Shown: one piece after another, positions 1 through 11,970 of the stretch | Layout: each line of letters begins with the position of its first letter | Position numbering within the stretch: position 1 is the stretch's first letter | Source: Mytilus californianus | Taxonomy: Eukaryota | Direction: 5' to 3' | Assembly: GCF_021869535.1 (NCBI RefSeq) | Contig: NW_026262681.1 | Location: forward strand, 186,001-250,000 | Length of the DNA stretch: 64,000 nt | Made by a program: the position numbers and the translations under genes | Notes under the pieces: generated by a model | Told to the model about the DNA's origin: nothing | Seen by the model: the letters and a program-made list of their open reading frames with translations, nothing else | Databases searched by the model: none

Positions 1-9
1 GACATGTAA

Positions 10-142
10 ATAGTCTACGACTATGTGTTATGGGCTTTGCTTATTGTTGAAGGCCGTACGATGACCTATAGTAGTTAATGTCTGTTTCATTTGGTCTCTT
101 GTGGAAAGTTGTATCATTGCCAATTACACCACATCTTCTTAT
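10..142 (-). mobile_element. Dispersed repeat family A copy (reverse orientation)
   Basis: Reverse complement of the AAGATGTGGTATGATTGCCAATGAGACAAC...GGTCACCGTACGGCCTTCAACAATGAGC sequence that recurs at least 8 times in the window. Confidence 0.8.
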
Positions 143-157
143 TATTAAACATTAAAC

Positions 158-2191
158 ATGTATATATATATATATAATACCTCCATAAGAGGTCCCTGCA
201 CCCGTAATTTTATACAAATTGGTCAAAACCGTACACCAAGTTCCAATGTAACACAATCTTCATATCAAGTACTCAATGTAGAAAGCCCTCCTTTCCGCCC
301 GGCAAATGTTGATAACTTTCAAAACGCAACACCATTCTATGCTTCATCCGCCGCTCAACCACAGACAAGCTACAATGGCTCTGATACAGGTCATATTGCT
401 CCACAAAATATAGCTAGTACTAGTAACCATCGTTTACCCAAGTTATCACTACCGAAGTTTAATGGCAACATTTTAGATTGGCAAACGTTTTGGGACTCGT
501 ACGAATCTGCTGTACATTTTAATCCTACTTTGACAAACATTGAGAAATTTCATTATCCGAAATCGCAACTTAAAAGCGAGGCATTAAATACGATAACTGG
601 ATTTGCGCTTACAAATGGTAATTACATGGAGGCTATAAATGTACTCAAGGAACGGTTCGGACAAACACACAGAATTACGGAAGCCTACTTACAGGCACTT
701 TTAGATATTGCCCAACCACGATACACCTTGTCAAGCTTAAGATTATTTTATGACCGATGTGAAGCCTACGTAAGAGGTTTAGATTCGCTCGGACAACCTG
801 AGACGTCATATGGAACTTTACTGGTACCGATTATCATGAGAAAGTTACCAAGTGAAATCAGACAACACTTAGCAAGAGAACATGGACCGTCCAGTTGGAA
901 TTTGAAAGATCTGAGAAGGAGCATATTGAATGAAATTCAAATCATGGAGGCAGGACAAAATACAGGTACATATCTCGAATCTTTAGACCGTCAGTTCGCA
1001 ACTGCATCTACATGTACATTTCATACAGGAACCGATTCACCGCGAGAAAACACATCACACAACGCGAAGAGCCAACCCCGGAATATTACAGAAAGACCAT
1101 GTGTTTTTTGTAAAGAGATACATGCACCAGCACACTGTACCAATGTTAGTAATCATAAAGCTCGCATGTCTATTGTAAAACGTGATAATTTATGCTTTAA
1201 TTGTTTAGGTAACCATCATGCTAATGAGTGTCAATCGAAACGAACGTGTCGACACTGCAACCAGAGACATCATTCCAGCCTATGTAGTGCAAGTAGCAAT
1301 GTTAACAGCGAAGGTTTAGCATTCATTACAAGCAATACCGATAAACAGATTCAATCTATACCCGTCAATCTTATAAATGACACTGAAAACGAGGAAGATA
1401 CTAAAGTTTTGCATTCATCGACACAGATGCATACACATGTGCTATTGAAGACTGCTGTAGCTCCAGTATGGTCAGGTAATATATGTATGGATACGAATGT
1501 TTTATTTGATGAGGGTGCACAAAGATCTTTTTTAACTGATGATCTAGCGAAAAAATTGAATTTGAAAACTGAAGGAGTTGAAATTGTACATTTATCGGCA
1601 TTTGGAAAGGATAACACCAGCACGAGCGAACTACGTAAATCCACCGTACACATTGAAACAGAGAATAGGCGTAAATTTCCTATTGAAGTCCTTATTGTTC
1701 CTACTATAGCAGTTCCAATACATAATCATATGCGGTACGTAAACCGAAATATGGATTATCTCAAAGGATTAAGACTCGCTCATCCAGTTACTCAGGACGA
1801 TTCTTTTGAGATATCGTTACTTATTGGTGCCGACTACTATTGGAACTTTATCGAAGACAAAGTAATAAGAGGAGACGGACCGATCGCGGTTAAGTCAAAG
1901 CTTGGATACTTACTATCAGGACCCTTACAACCAGGAAGGGTACATTCGTCTACGACATCCAGCATCTTGAACGTACTGGTTTCGAATAAATCAGAGGAAT
2001 TTGGCTTAAAAGAAATGACAAAGGAACAGACACGTCGCGGATTTATCGAGAGAGATGAGGAAGCAGGACCGACAGGGAAAATATTAAAAGATGGACGGAA
2101 TGATACGTATCTAATGAACTGTTGTGACTTATTATGGACTGTTACGAAAATGTTTGATTTATTGACTTACTTTCAAAAACCTATAATATGA
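158..2191 (+). CDS. BEL/Pao LTR retrotransposon Gag-protease ORF (pol deleted; N-terminus not native)
   Basis: LPKLSLPKFNGNILDWQTFWDSYESAVH (DUF1759-type gag); three zinc knuckles (CVFCKEIHAPAHC, CFNCLGNHHANEC, CRHCNQRHHSSLC); aspartic protease LFDEGAQRSF and LLIGADYYW. Only a short KEQ..RGFIER remnant of the RT lead-in follows. The listed ATG lies in a (TA)n tract. Confidence 0.9.
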   Translation: MYIYIYNTSIRGPCTRNFIQIGQNRTPSSNVTQSSYQVLNVESPPFRPANVDNFQNATPFYASSAAQPQTSYNGSDTGHIAPQNIASTSNHRLPKLSLPKFNGNILDWQTFWDSYESAVHFNPTLTNIEKFHYPKSQLKSEALNTITGFALTNGNYMEAINVLKERFGQTHRITEAYLQALLDIAQPRYTLSSLRLFYDRCEAYVRGLDSLGQPETSYGTLLVPIIMRKLPSEIRQHLAREHGPSSWNLKDLRRSILNEIQIMEAGQNTGTYLESLDRQFATASTCTFHTGTDSPRENTSHNAKSQPRNITERPCVFCKEIHAPAHCTNVSNHKARMSIVKRDNLCFNCLGNHHANECQSKRTCRHCNQRHHSSLCSASSNVNSEGLAFITSNTDKQIQSIPVNLINDTENEEDTKVLHSSTQMHTHVLLKTAVAPVWSGNICMDTNVLFDEGAQRSFLTDDLAKKLNLKTEGVEIVHLSAFGKDNTSTSELRKSTVHIETENRRKFPIEVLIVPTIAVPIHNHMRYVNRNMDYLKGLRLAHPVTQDDSFEISLLIGADYYWNFIEDKVIRGDGPIAVKSKLGYLLSGPLQPGRVHSSTTSSILNVLVSNKSEEFGLKEMTKEQTRRGFIERDEEAGPTGKILKDGRNDTYLMNCCDLLWTVTKMFDLLTYFQKPII

Positions 2192-2669
2192 TACTATTTC
2201 ATTGAAAGAAGGAACAGGTGCACGGAAAATATAGACATACTGTGATTTGTGTATACGAGATAGACTCATTGTGATTTAATTCGAAGATAACTAATCTGGA
2301 AGTTAATGACTGTGCTAAAGTTATTAAGTTAAAGTCAAGTTTAGATTTGATAGACAGTAATTTTCATTCATTTTTTCTTTATTGTAATTTAATTTTAATA
2401 TTTACTTTTAGCGGCCCGGAGAATGTTGAGAATACCGCGGGAGTTAAGACGTCGCGTTTTACCAATTGTATCTAGGGTTGACGTCAATGCGGGACGTAGC
2501 CTTAGCAGCTCGAATATATATGAAGTAAACGTTAAACAGTATGGTTGTGTTCTTTCTGTATAACGATAGTTGAGTTAGCCCCGACAACTCCGCCTCTGTA
2601 CTCTGCTAATGAAGCTGGATATTTGAATGTGCCTGTGGGAGGAAGCAACCGCTACATACTAGTATAACA
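180..2669 (+). mobile_element. 5'-truncated, internally deleted BEL/Pao element
   Basis: Gag-pro ORF, then the BEL-type GCGGCCCGGAGAA tract at 2411-2423, then a TG...CA-bounded segment. No RT/RH/IN motifs and no 5' LTR seen. Confidence 0.75.
2424..2669 (+). repeat. Putative 3' LTR of the BEL/Pao element
   Basis: Starts TGTTGAG immediately after the purine-rich tract and ends ...TATAACA. The 3' boundary is inferred because no second LTR is available for comparison. Confidence 0.55.
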
Positions 2670-2829
2670 AATCGGAATATTGAGAACTTGTTTGTGACTT
2701 GCTTCATTCTCCTTTTTAAATGAACTTTATTAAGGGTATACCCAATATCCTATATCTATTCATATTAAAGTTTCACATCAAATATTCGTGGAATTAATTG
2801 GATATATTCCATATTCTAAAATAAAATCA

Positions 2830-3780
2830 CATATCCAGACTTTTCAATGTACCATTTAAAATCTAAAAAAAATGCACTAAAAATCCTTATCCAAAATACC
2901 CTGAACAAGTTCACGAATAATGAACTCACTTCTAATTCTCTGATTTTTTTGTTAGCTCTTCGTACTCTTGGTCTACATAACTTAATTTGCTCTTCACTGT
3001 CAGATTCTTCGGCTCTATTTATCTTTGTATGTACCTCAGCAGGAACTGTGATGATATGTGGATTTACACGGTGTCTACTTTCTTCAGATTGATCAGATTG
3101 TTAATGTACTTTTTTTCTTTCTGTGGAAGTTTTTGTAGATTTAGCATTTCTTTTTGATTGCTTCATTTTAATGACATTTTGTTTTTCTATCCTTTTAGCC
3201 TCTCTCACCGCTTAATGTGTTGTTTCAGACCCTCTTCTTTTTCTTTTTGTTCTTCAGCCTTTCTTTTCAATTCGTCTCTCATTTCTTAGCCAGTATATAT
3301 ACGTGCACCTGTTAGCCGTTTGTTATTTGGTTTGTCTGATTTAGTTATATCCCCTAGAACCAGAATATCATGAAGGTCCTTGTCCACTAAACCTGCCTAC
3401 CAATGGATTTGTGATTGCTCTGCCACAAGTTTTACACGTGTCATTTAGTGTTGTTTCAACATTTTCCAAAGAGGGATCTTCTGTTTGAATGGTTTTGGAT
3501 GGATTCGGTCTTATAAACGACTTATCGATGGCAGTACTGTTAAGTGGATACAAACCCGTCTTTCTGAAGCCTTGCTTGATAACATGTGGTGACCAAGCCT
3601 TATCTTGTACCTGTTGCAGAACAATTGTAAATTTATTCTTTTTTATTACCATGTCGGCTTTGACTAGTTCAATATTCAGGGCAAGCTCACTGTATCATTT
3701 TTGGTAAACAGATCCTTTTTCTGTAGGATATTTTCTAGGCAGTACTGTACTTTTCAACTAAGAAACATAGGATTGACCTA
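2830..3780 (-). pseudogene. Decayed pogo/Tigger-like (DDE_1-type) transposase C-terminal region
   Basis: ORF 3368..3652: FTIVLQQVQDKAWSPHVIKQGFRKTGLYPLN matches the post-DDE 'aw.ka.t...i..gFrktGiyP' motif. A frameshifted K/E/R-rich tail follows. Confidence 0.65.
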
Positions 3781-4243
3781 AAAGGTTTTTTTACTTAGAA
3801 GAAACTATTGTGACTCATGGTCCCACTTTTTAGAATATAACATTTAATTGATCCGTATTATTTATTATTTTTATTTCAGAAAGATTATTTAAATTATATA
3901 AAGTATGTTTAATCAGATTAAACATTGTTAGAAGTATTTAAAAAAAATTCTACTAGGAGTTATCCCATATCCCATTATAAAAATTACATAGTAAATTTCG
4001 TCAGCCAGAGCTAACTTATATCAATTCAGCTAGGTTTCACTTGCACAAATCGGCAAAAAAAAACATCGCTTCGTGTTGAAAATAACTTGACGTTTGCGTA
4101 TCCAAAACTCTATTGCCTATAGATATTCATATCGAGTGTTTGTCTTAATGAGATGCTTTATCAAATTTAAATTCAGCCCATCATTTTTAGTTTCCTCGAA
4201 AATATTTAGATTTTTCGATCAAGAGACTTGACAATTTTCACGC

Positions 4244-4421
4244 AAATACACCTTATCGCTATTCCCGCTTGACCCGAGAATCTGTCTCGCTTGAACTTTT
4301 GACGTCATGCAACAATCACTTTTCCATTGTGGCGTCAGATATTTTCTATTATGACGTCAAAATTGTACGGGAACTTTTGTGATGTCCAGTAATGGCGGAC
4401 AAATAGCGATAAGGTGTATTT
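4244..4421. mobile_element. MITE, 178 bp
   Basis: Perfect 20-bp inverted termini AAATACACCTTATCGCTATT / AATAGCGATAAGGTGTATTT. Confidence 0.8.
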
Positions 4422-4625
4422 CAAGTTTGAAGGTAAAATTAAGAAAGAAGGACTTTTAGTTGACTTGTATGTTTTGACGAGTGAAAACTTCCTTGTTATA
4501 TATATAATAAAGATTATATTACAATGTTGACTGCTGTATCCCAATTTTTGACGTTTTTACCTATTATGTCTGTTTGTTTTGCTCACACATAGTTGTCAAT
4601 AATATGAGGCAGGCATTACCTGTGA

Positions 4626-5038
4626 AAGGGGACGAAGTCTATATAAATTATTTTTTTTTAATTCAAACATATTTTAAGTTCTAAATCTGTTAAAAAAAGA
4701 AACGGAAATACCGTAACGTTTCCGATTTTGGTTCTGTTGTTAGGGATTTTAGTTGTGACGTTATTTTAGTTATGACGTCATATTCAATGTAAACAAAGAA
4801 ACGCTATCATCAGGTAACGTTTTTTCATATCAAAGAATAATTAGAAATGAAATTGTTATTGTGTTCCTTCCTATATTTTACTGGACTGATAAATATATAT
4901 TTCACTCAGTCTCATGACAAACGAGACCGGAAGAAGGAAGTAGATTTCTGGGCAAATGCGGGAATTAAAAAAAGTTACAAAAAAAAAGTTAACGATTTTG
5001 AGTTCATTAGTACAATGAAAATTTCGGGAAATTTTCCC

Positions 5039-5072
<34 letters not shown>

Positions 5073-5106
5073 ATTTTTCTACTGTTATAGGGGACTTCGT
5101 CCCCTT
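4626..5106. mobile_element. MITE, ~480 bp, with internal poly-T
   Basis: Perfect 14-bp inverted termini AAGGGGACGAAGTC / GACTTCGTCCCCTT; T-run at 5041-5071. Confidence 0.7.
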
Positions 5107-5791
5107 ATAATGGAATTCAATGCGACTGTCATACAAATGATAGGTTTAGCTAGCTCTAAAACCAGGTTTAATGATCTACCAAGTGAGGAATACGACAGTT
5201 ATTTTCCATTCGTTAGATGTGTTTGAGCTTTTGATTTTGCCATTTTATACATGACTTTCTGTTTTGAATTTCCCTGAGTTCGGTATTTTTGTTAGATTAC
5301 TTTTTGATGATGTCAACAAAATTAGTGATATTCAAAGGGTACATAACTCTGTATAATTACCTCCGTCGTATTGTCACAGTTATCCAAGAAACATGCGTAC
5401 AATTTTTAAAATTCATCCGCGTGCATTATGGTTGCTAACATGACCAATGTTATCAAGGTATCTGTTCGTTATTATGATATTCATGGTGTTTAACTGATAT
5501 ATATGTATCTCAAGACAAAACATGTTGATTACTAATAAATGTTCTTAAAAATATTTTCATGGAATTTCATTGATAGTATTAATATATATATGAAGCGATA
5601 AAGAATTCCATTTTGCACTCGATAACGTACGTCAGCGTATTTATACGCAGTAAAGCGTGGTTAAAAGCACACTCTGAAAATGCCATAACATTACTTCGGA
5701 TGACCTCGCAAGGTCATCTCGGTAAACACGGAATTTCTGTTGAAAATAGCTAGTGAAACCCACTAGTTTATCCTCCTAAAAACTAAATCAG

Positions 5792-5922
5792 TCTGATTAA
5801 AACCAGCCCCCTCCCCTTTATCCCCACTATTCACTTCAAACGCAAGTGGGTAGTGGGGAGGATGGTTTTAATCAAACTGAAACTAAACGCAAGTGGGTAG
5901 TGAGGGTCTGGTTTTAATCAGA
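5792..5922. mobile_element. Small MITE with a duplicated right end
   Basis: 15-bp inverted repeat TCTGATTAAAACCAG / CTGGTTTTAATCAGA; the right-end segment AACGCAAGTGGGTAGTG...GGTTTTAATCA is present twice. Confidence 0.6.
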
Positions 5923-6744
5923 ATGAAACTTAATAAATAGATAAAGATAAAAATTGAGTGTTTTGAAGTTTTTCTTTCTTATACTTATTTGAATATTTAA
6001 TTGACATCAAAAATGGTCAATTCAGAATTACGGGATAGTATCAAGGTCAAATAATAAATGATCTATTTCATTATTTATTTTTCGATTTGAATACTGAAAT
6101 ATAAACTATTTCATTATTCATTACTGAACGTTGGATAGTGAATAATGAACTATTTTATTATTTATTATTCATTACTGAACGTTGAATAAAGAATGACGAA
6201 CTATTTCATTATTCATTATTGAATTTTGAAAAATTAAAAATGAATAATGGACATTCAGCGCGGTGATATTTTACGATATCAATATGTAGAAATTCCAATA
6301 ATCTATACATATCATTTGCCAAGGTAATTGTCTGTTATGAGGATGTTTGATTTATTCCGTATGGACGTAATAAGTAATAAAGTATGTTATAGTAAAGAGT
6401 GGAACTCCAGCATACTGATCACTTGTTCTGCTTTATCTTTAGCATAACTGATGTTAAGAGCAGATATCAAATTCAAATTTATCAGTGCCAATTTATATTA
6501 GAGCAAATCAAATTTTGTTATAAAAAGTGACTTTGAGAAAGTGTGGGCATTGAGGATTTCCAAACGATAGAATACGGACCCCGTATCACCTCATTTAAGG
6601 ACTTTTCAGCGGACTAGTTCACCCTTGTTCATTAAAATTACAATACATCAATTGGTGCGAGGACCCGAAGTATTCTGTTGATTCTGAAACATCAATCCAC
6701 AGTTTGTGTTGCAAGATCACATGCACTAAACCAATATGGACATT

Positions 6745-6972
6745 TACTTTGTTAGTCTTGTATGTTTTTTAATTTTAGTTCATTTATATGTTTTGGAGTT
6801 TAGTGTGACGTCATTTTCATTGAACTAGTACACATTTTTGTTTAGGGGCCAGCTGAAGCCCGCCTCCGGGTGCGTGATTTTCTCACTGTATTGAAGACCC
6901 ATTGGTGGGCTTGGGCTGTTTTCTGCTCTTTAGTCTCTTTGACACATTCCCCATTTCCATTCTCAATTTTAT
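6745..6972 (-). mobile_element. Dispersed repeat family B copy
   Basis: Inverted homologue of 21955-22190 (GAGAATGGAAATGGGGAATGTGTCAAAGA...CAGCTGGCCCCTAAAC); a short fragment also lies at ~16610. Confidence 0.8.
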
Positions 6973-8784
6973 TTACGGAATTCCAACCGTTTACGGCAGA
7001 AACCACATTACAAAGAAAATAGACACTGACAAATTGAATTCCAAGGAGTCGTTTATTATGAAAACAACTTTTAACGGCCTCAAACGTGTTCGGCTTTTGC
7101 TGGCCATGTGATTTCAAAGAAATATCCCTTTTCAAATTAAGAAGATAAAGATTTTGAAAACACTGTGTCTTAAACCAATCTCCCGGTTAAAAAAGAAATG
7201 GACCTAATCAAAATATCAGGAACAAATTAATCGAGCGCGAAAAACGATATTATCGACAAATATTCGAGAATTAACGAGTTGGCTTTATCCTTAGAAGCAA
7301 AAGTAAAATTGCACGACGATGAAGTTGAACAGCTGAACAAATTTTTAAAATTTCAATGATGAATTAGAAAAACAAAGACATGTTGCCGAACTAGCTTTGC
7401 ATGCCGTTCAAACAAGAATGGAAAGAGTCAATCACGGACTTTATCAAGAGCTTCAACAAGAAAATCAAACAGTACCAGAATGGGTAAAGATCTGTGAAAC
7501 GTAAAGTGAAGACATAAAGCACTATCGCTCGTTGCGGGAAAACGTTAAGGTGGAGTTAAAAGAGACACAAATTGAAAAAAAATGTTAAGAAAATCGAATC
7601 CTACCAATATGCACACCAGAGTGCAGGAGATTTAAAGGCAGCAGTAAAGTTTTATTTTCAAAAAAAGATACCTTTTAAGATAATCTTTAGTTGTATAACT
7701 TAAAACAGGTTTTTTTCATTCAGTTTGTAAATATTGAATTAAAATTCGGATTTCCACCACAGTTCTACATCAATCCTTAAGAAATCGCATCAAAATGATG
7801 TTGGATAGAAAATGAACTTATCATCCAAAACACTTAGGAAATACAAAATTTTCTAATAAATCTTTCACTCCAATTATAATTTTGTCAGTTGATAATTATA
7901 CTACATGTTTTGTTTTCTTGATAATAGGTGGAAATTATTGCATGAATGAATTAATAGTAATAGATACAATGTACCAATCCATATGTACAAATGTGTATAT
8001 TTAGTTTATTAAATCTATTACACAAATTGTGTGTAATTTTATAGGAAGAAACATTAAATTTTCAATTTTTTTTGGTTATGTGTAGGCTGGGACTATTATA
8101 CTAATATATTATTAAAACTTGAAATAACTTAATTGTTTCTTTCCTTGAGTGGTAATATCGGGAATGGGGCACAATCACATCTACCATGTTTGCACACTCA
8201 GCTTTTTTGTTTTAAATATCTGTTTGTTAGGTAATATCAACTGTCTCTTTATCAGCATGAGATGACAGATTTACAGCTCTACTTAACATTTTATAAGTGA
8301 GAGAAAATATAAAGTTTTCACCGTGAACGGGTTTAGATGCAGGACTGACTATGATGATTTCTATATGCAGCACATGTTTGCTGTCGAATAATGTCGGAGC
8401 GATTCATTTGTATTGTATATGCAGTGCATTTTCACAGTGGAATTTTTATTCTTTTTAATTTCAGTAGTTTAAGTAGTCTTAATTCAGCCGACTCAATCAA
8501 GTCAAAAGGATTTGATAATGCTTACTTTGCGAGTGATAGTCTGAGGTAATACACTGATAAATTCCCGTAAAAATAGTATTATTGATAAAAATATTCTATT
8601 TTATTTCTCTAATAATTCGTTCAAATCTATATGTAAGGTAAAATTTATCCATTCCAATGACACTGCATCATTGAATACATACATCTTGGACAGTTAGGCA
8701 AATCCATGCCATCGGAAACTTTCGGTTTCGGTTTATATCTAGGGTACCATACATCACATACCAATGAAATATCACAAAAAGACT

Positions 8785-8862
8785 TACACTTGACTAGTTT
8801 CGTTTTCAGTTGGAGTATAAGTTGCTATACATCAACTGCCGTTGCGACTTCATCAGTGCGTA
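8785..8862 (-). ncRNA. Candidate hammerhead-like motif with long stem II
   Basis: Minus strand: CUGAUGA ... GAAA-CUAG-UC with palindromic stem III (ACUAGU) and a GUC triplet; stem I is imperfect. Confidence 0.4.
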
Positions 8863-8900
8863 TATCATATATATAAAAGTAATGAGATGTGGTATGATTG

Positions 8901-8902
<2 letters not shown>

Positions 8903-8952
<50 letters not shown>
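8903..8952. repeat. (GA)25 microsatellite
   Basis: Direct reading. Confidence 0.95.
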
Positions 8953-8959
<7 letters not shown>

Positions 8960-8960
<1 letters not shown>

Positions 8961-9062
8961 GTGTGGAAAACTGATTTGCCGGACTGACAGACAGACAGAC
9001 AGACAGACAGACGGAGTGCAAACCTAAAGTCCCCTTCTACTTCGTCTGCAGGGGACTAATAA
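8960..9062 (+). mobile_element. 3' end of a Helentron-type non-autonomous element (HINE/DINE-like)
   Basis: (GACA)n tract followed by the terminal hairpin AGTCCCCT...AGGGGACT (9028-9057). Confidence 0.6.
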
Positions 9063-10058
9063 CTAAGCTTCTGCGGAAAATTAAAGAATTTTAAGTTTAC
9101 ATCAAGCAGAATTTTTGTTTTTGTTAACAATGTTCTTATACATTCCTGATTTTTTTAAATTTGTCTTTTCAGAAAATTACATTTAATCTGTGACAAATTG
9201 CCTTGGACCTAGAAGGATATTACCCTGTAAAAGGTTTATATTTCAATCATAGGTTTTATTGACTGTGTTTCTGATTTAAGTAAAGATTGAAAGACTTCTT
9301 GAAAATGACCATGCTGTGAAATGAATACATGCAGAGGAAGATGGCACTTCTTCCTTGTTCCGTGTAGAGACGGGGAAAATAACTCGTAGTTTTTTTTCTT
9401 TTGTCCCAGGTTTAAAAACCAACACAAAATTACTTCTAAATAATCTTTTTTTTTTTAGTTTATGTGCTCTTATGGACTCGGGACTATTTAGAACCTGACA
9501 TATTGTATAGATTATGTCTGTTTATTGTTAAAGACAATTTGTTGCCTTTTTGATTAAACCGCACATCTCCTTTTGTTCATATTCAGAAAATCTATGGAAT
9601 TCTTGAAATTGTAATTTTTATGGGGAATTGTAAACTAAATTGTAACTGTTCTCAATCTTATTCTGGTTTGAAATAAAAACATATGTGTAATTTCCTAAAA
9701 AAAAAAAACAACAGAAAAGAAGAATGATTTAAGCGTTAACAAAGGCAACACACTGTTAGGAGTGTATAATTTATGGGTCTGTTCTTATATTTGTAAAAGA
9801 AATAATACAACAGAAAGAAATAAAACAGACACGATTTAACCACATGAAAGAAACGTCTTTATGACGACGGCTGCGTACGGCTAACCTTGACATTTACCAA
9901 AAGAAAGTTCGTCCAGTCACACACATTTTCCAATTTTTACATCCCAGTATAAAATGGGTAAAGGAACGCTTCATAAGAAATAAATTCGTTATCTTGGTGT
10001 AATCAGGGGTTTACGGAATTGTATACTGCAGCTGTACTATTTACGCAGTCAAATTGCA

Positions 10059-11970
10059 CACTGTAAATCTAAGACTAAGTGTTAATAAATAGAACATTGC
10101 TTGAACGCTTTTTTGTAACACTTTTTGAACGTGTAATGGTGTTCCAAATGTTTACTGACTTAAATATATATCACAAATAATGATTTTCCCCTACATGACT
10201 AGATAGTTGCAACATCATTTGTATCCTAACCAAAAAAGCATGTCAATGTGATAATTAGATAGTTTATGATATAGGTATTTGTCACAATGAAAGTTTAAAA
10301 GTTTGCAAATTCCAACAGTTCTTGTACGATCACATACAATGTACGCTCCACTTTTCAGTGCATCTTCACTTAAAGCTATCAACTGGGTGGCATTTTATGT
10401 GTTGTTATCAACTTCCAATGTCAAAATCCTCCACAACAAGGAATGTCTATGAGCCTATAAATCCTGCAAAATAAAATTAAAAATTAATAGAAGAGAGTTT
10501 TTCATAAAGCATCAAATTATGCAATGCTTGTTATGCTTTAATGTCGATATATACTAGTGTACAAATTGATATTCTATAGCAATGAAATGCAAGTTTTGAC
10601 ATTATAAATTACAAAAGTCGATTTCTTGACCTAAGGTGAACAGATAGAAATGATACACCCACATAAGCTATTAATATACATATATTGTCATACCTTTTTT
10701 CGACATCTTTCTTTTTGCCACCACTTTATAGCATGCCGAAATGACCTTTTTGGGATTATTGGCTACCGGTTCCTAATTCAAACATTTTAATCTAACGATT
10801 CCTGCAAATAAAAAAACAAATGCATTTTCTAAGTCAAAAATTGTGTTCCAAATGTTTGCACTAGTGTTCATCAATTGAATGTGTGGTGTTCAGTTTTTAA
10901 TGCCTTTGTGTTTCATTTTTGAACACTTGATGTTAGAGTTCTTAACACTTAGTGTTCATCAATTGAATGTGTGGTGTTCAGTTTTTAATGCCTTTGTGTT
11001 TCATTTTTGAACACTTGATGTTAGAGTTCTTAACACTTAGTGTTCAGCTAATGTATGCGGATGTCGAAAATCATCATTTATTCTGTATAACAGACAGACT
11101 GTTTATTCATCAGTTTAGGAAATCATCAGAACAAAGCTGACAGTATTTACGTTTATATCTAAAGCCCGTTTTTTAATTCGTCTTCTATGTTGAATATTGA
11201 AAATTTGGATATAACAGTTATGAATATTTGACAAATATATATCTGGCATGAGAAAATAACAAGGAAGCCATCGAACTACCTATGGAGATTATTCTAACTT
11301 GTTACTTACTTCTTTCGTGTTCATATGGGATAGAAGTCCCTTCTCCAGTTCTCTTTCTTATGTGTATCCATTCTTCGTTTAACCGCCTAAACTGCCAGCC
11401 GATATCTGTTTCCGGTATTTGGTATCCTGGTATATTTTTTTAAACACGAGGTGTTCAAAATTTCGAGCGATTTGAACACTGATTGAACATGTAATGTTAA
11501 TAAAATGAACGGATCTTGAAATAAGATAAACATCGACATATTTTTATTACGATATTATCATAACAGGCCTCATTGATATGCATAATTATGTCACTTATAA
11601 GTAAAACTAGTATATATAAATAAATAATAAAATAAATTCATAAACTATACATATATGCCAGCTTGGAAGTTTAATATTTCACAATTACTAAAATATAAGC
11701 CAAAAATTCACAAGATCATCATCCTGCGTATACATTCATATTTTTTTTTGGAAGGATAGAAAATCGGACAAACGACTATCTTCTTTTTTAGATCAGAATT
11801 TGAACACCGGTGTTCACTGCGTCTGAACACACATGTTAATATTTTTAACACAAACGTTAAAACTTTGAACACGCCTCTAAGCATGAACATATGACGTTAA
11901 AATATTGAACATTCGGTGTACAAATTTTGAACGCGTCCGGACGCGTCAGACGTCAGGTATATTTACAGTG
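10059..11970. mobile_element. Non-autonomous CACTA/EnSpm-like DNA element, 1.9 kb
   Basis: Inverted termini CACTGTAAAT / ATTTACAGTG; CA on both flanks (2-bp TSD); at least 15 TGAACA/TGTTCA motifs clustered internally and subterminally. Confidence 0.55.
10863..11046. repeat. Perfect tandem duplication of an 88-bp unit
   Basis: AGTGTTCATCAATTGAATG...TTCTTAACACTT occurs twice, identically. Confidence 0.9.

Noticed and set aside
1-180. 5' LTR and PBS of the BEL/Pao element
   Set aside because: No similarity to 2424-2669; the region is a family A repeat plus (TA)n
1351-1653. Minus-strand ORFs within the gag-pro ORF
   Set aside because: Antisense shadows
4847-9027. ORFs with poly-Phe, (ER)n or (SL)n runs at 4847, 8806 and 8842
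   Set aside because: Created by the poly-T and (GA)n/(GACA)n tracts
11282-11443. 53-aa plus-strand ORF with a signal-peptide-like start (MEIILTCYLLLSCSYG)
   Set aside because: Lies inside the CACTA-like element, has only a weak donor and no downstream exon was found; the opposite strand has better splice signals
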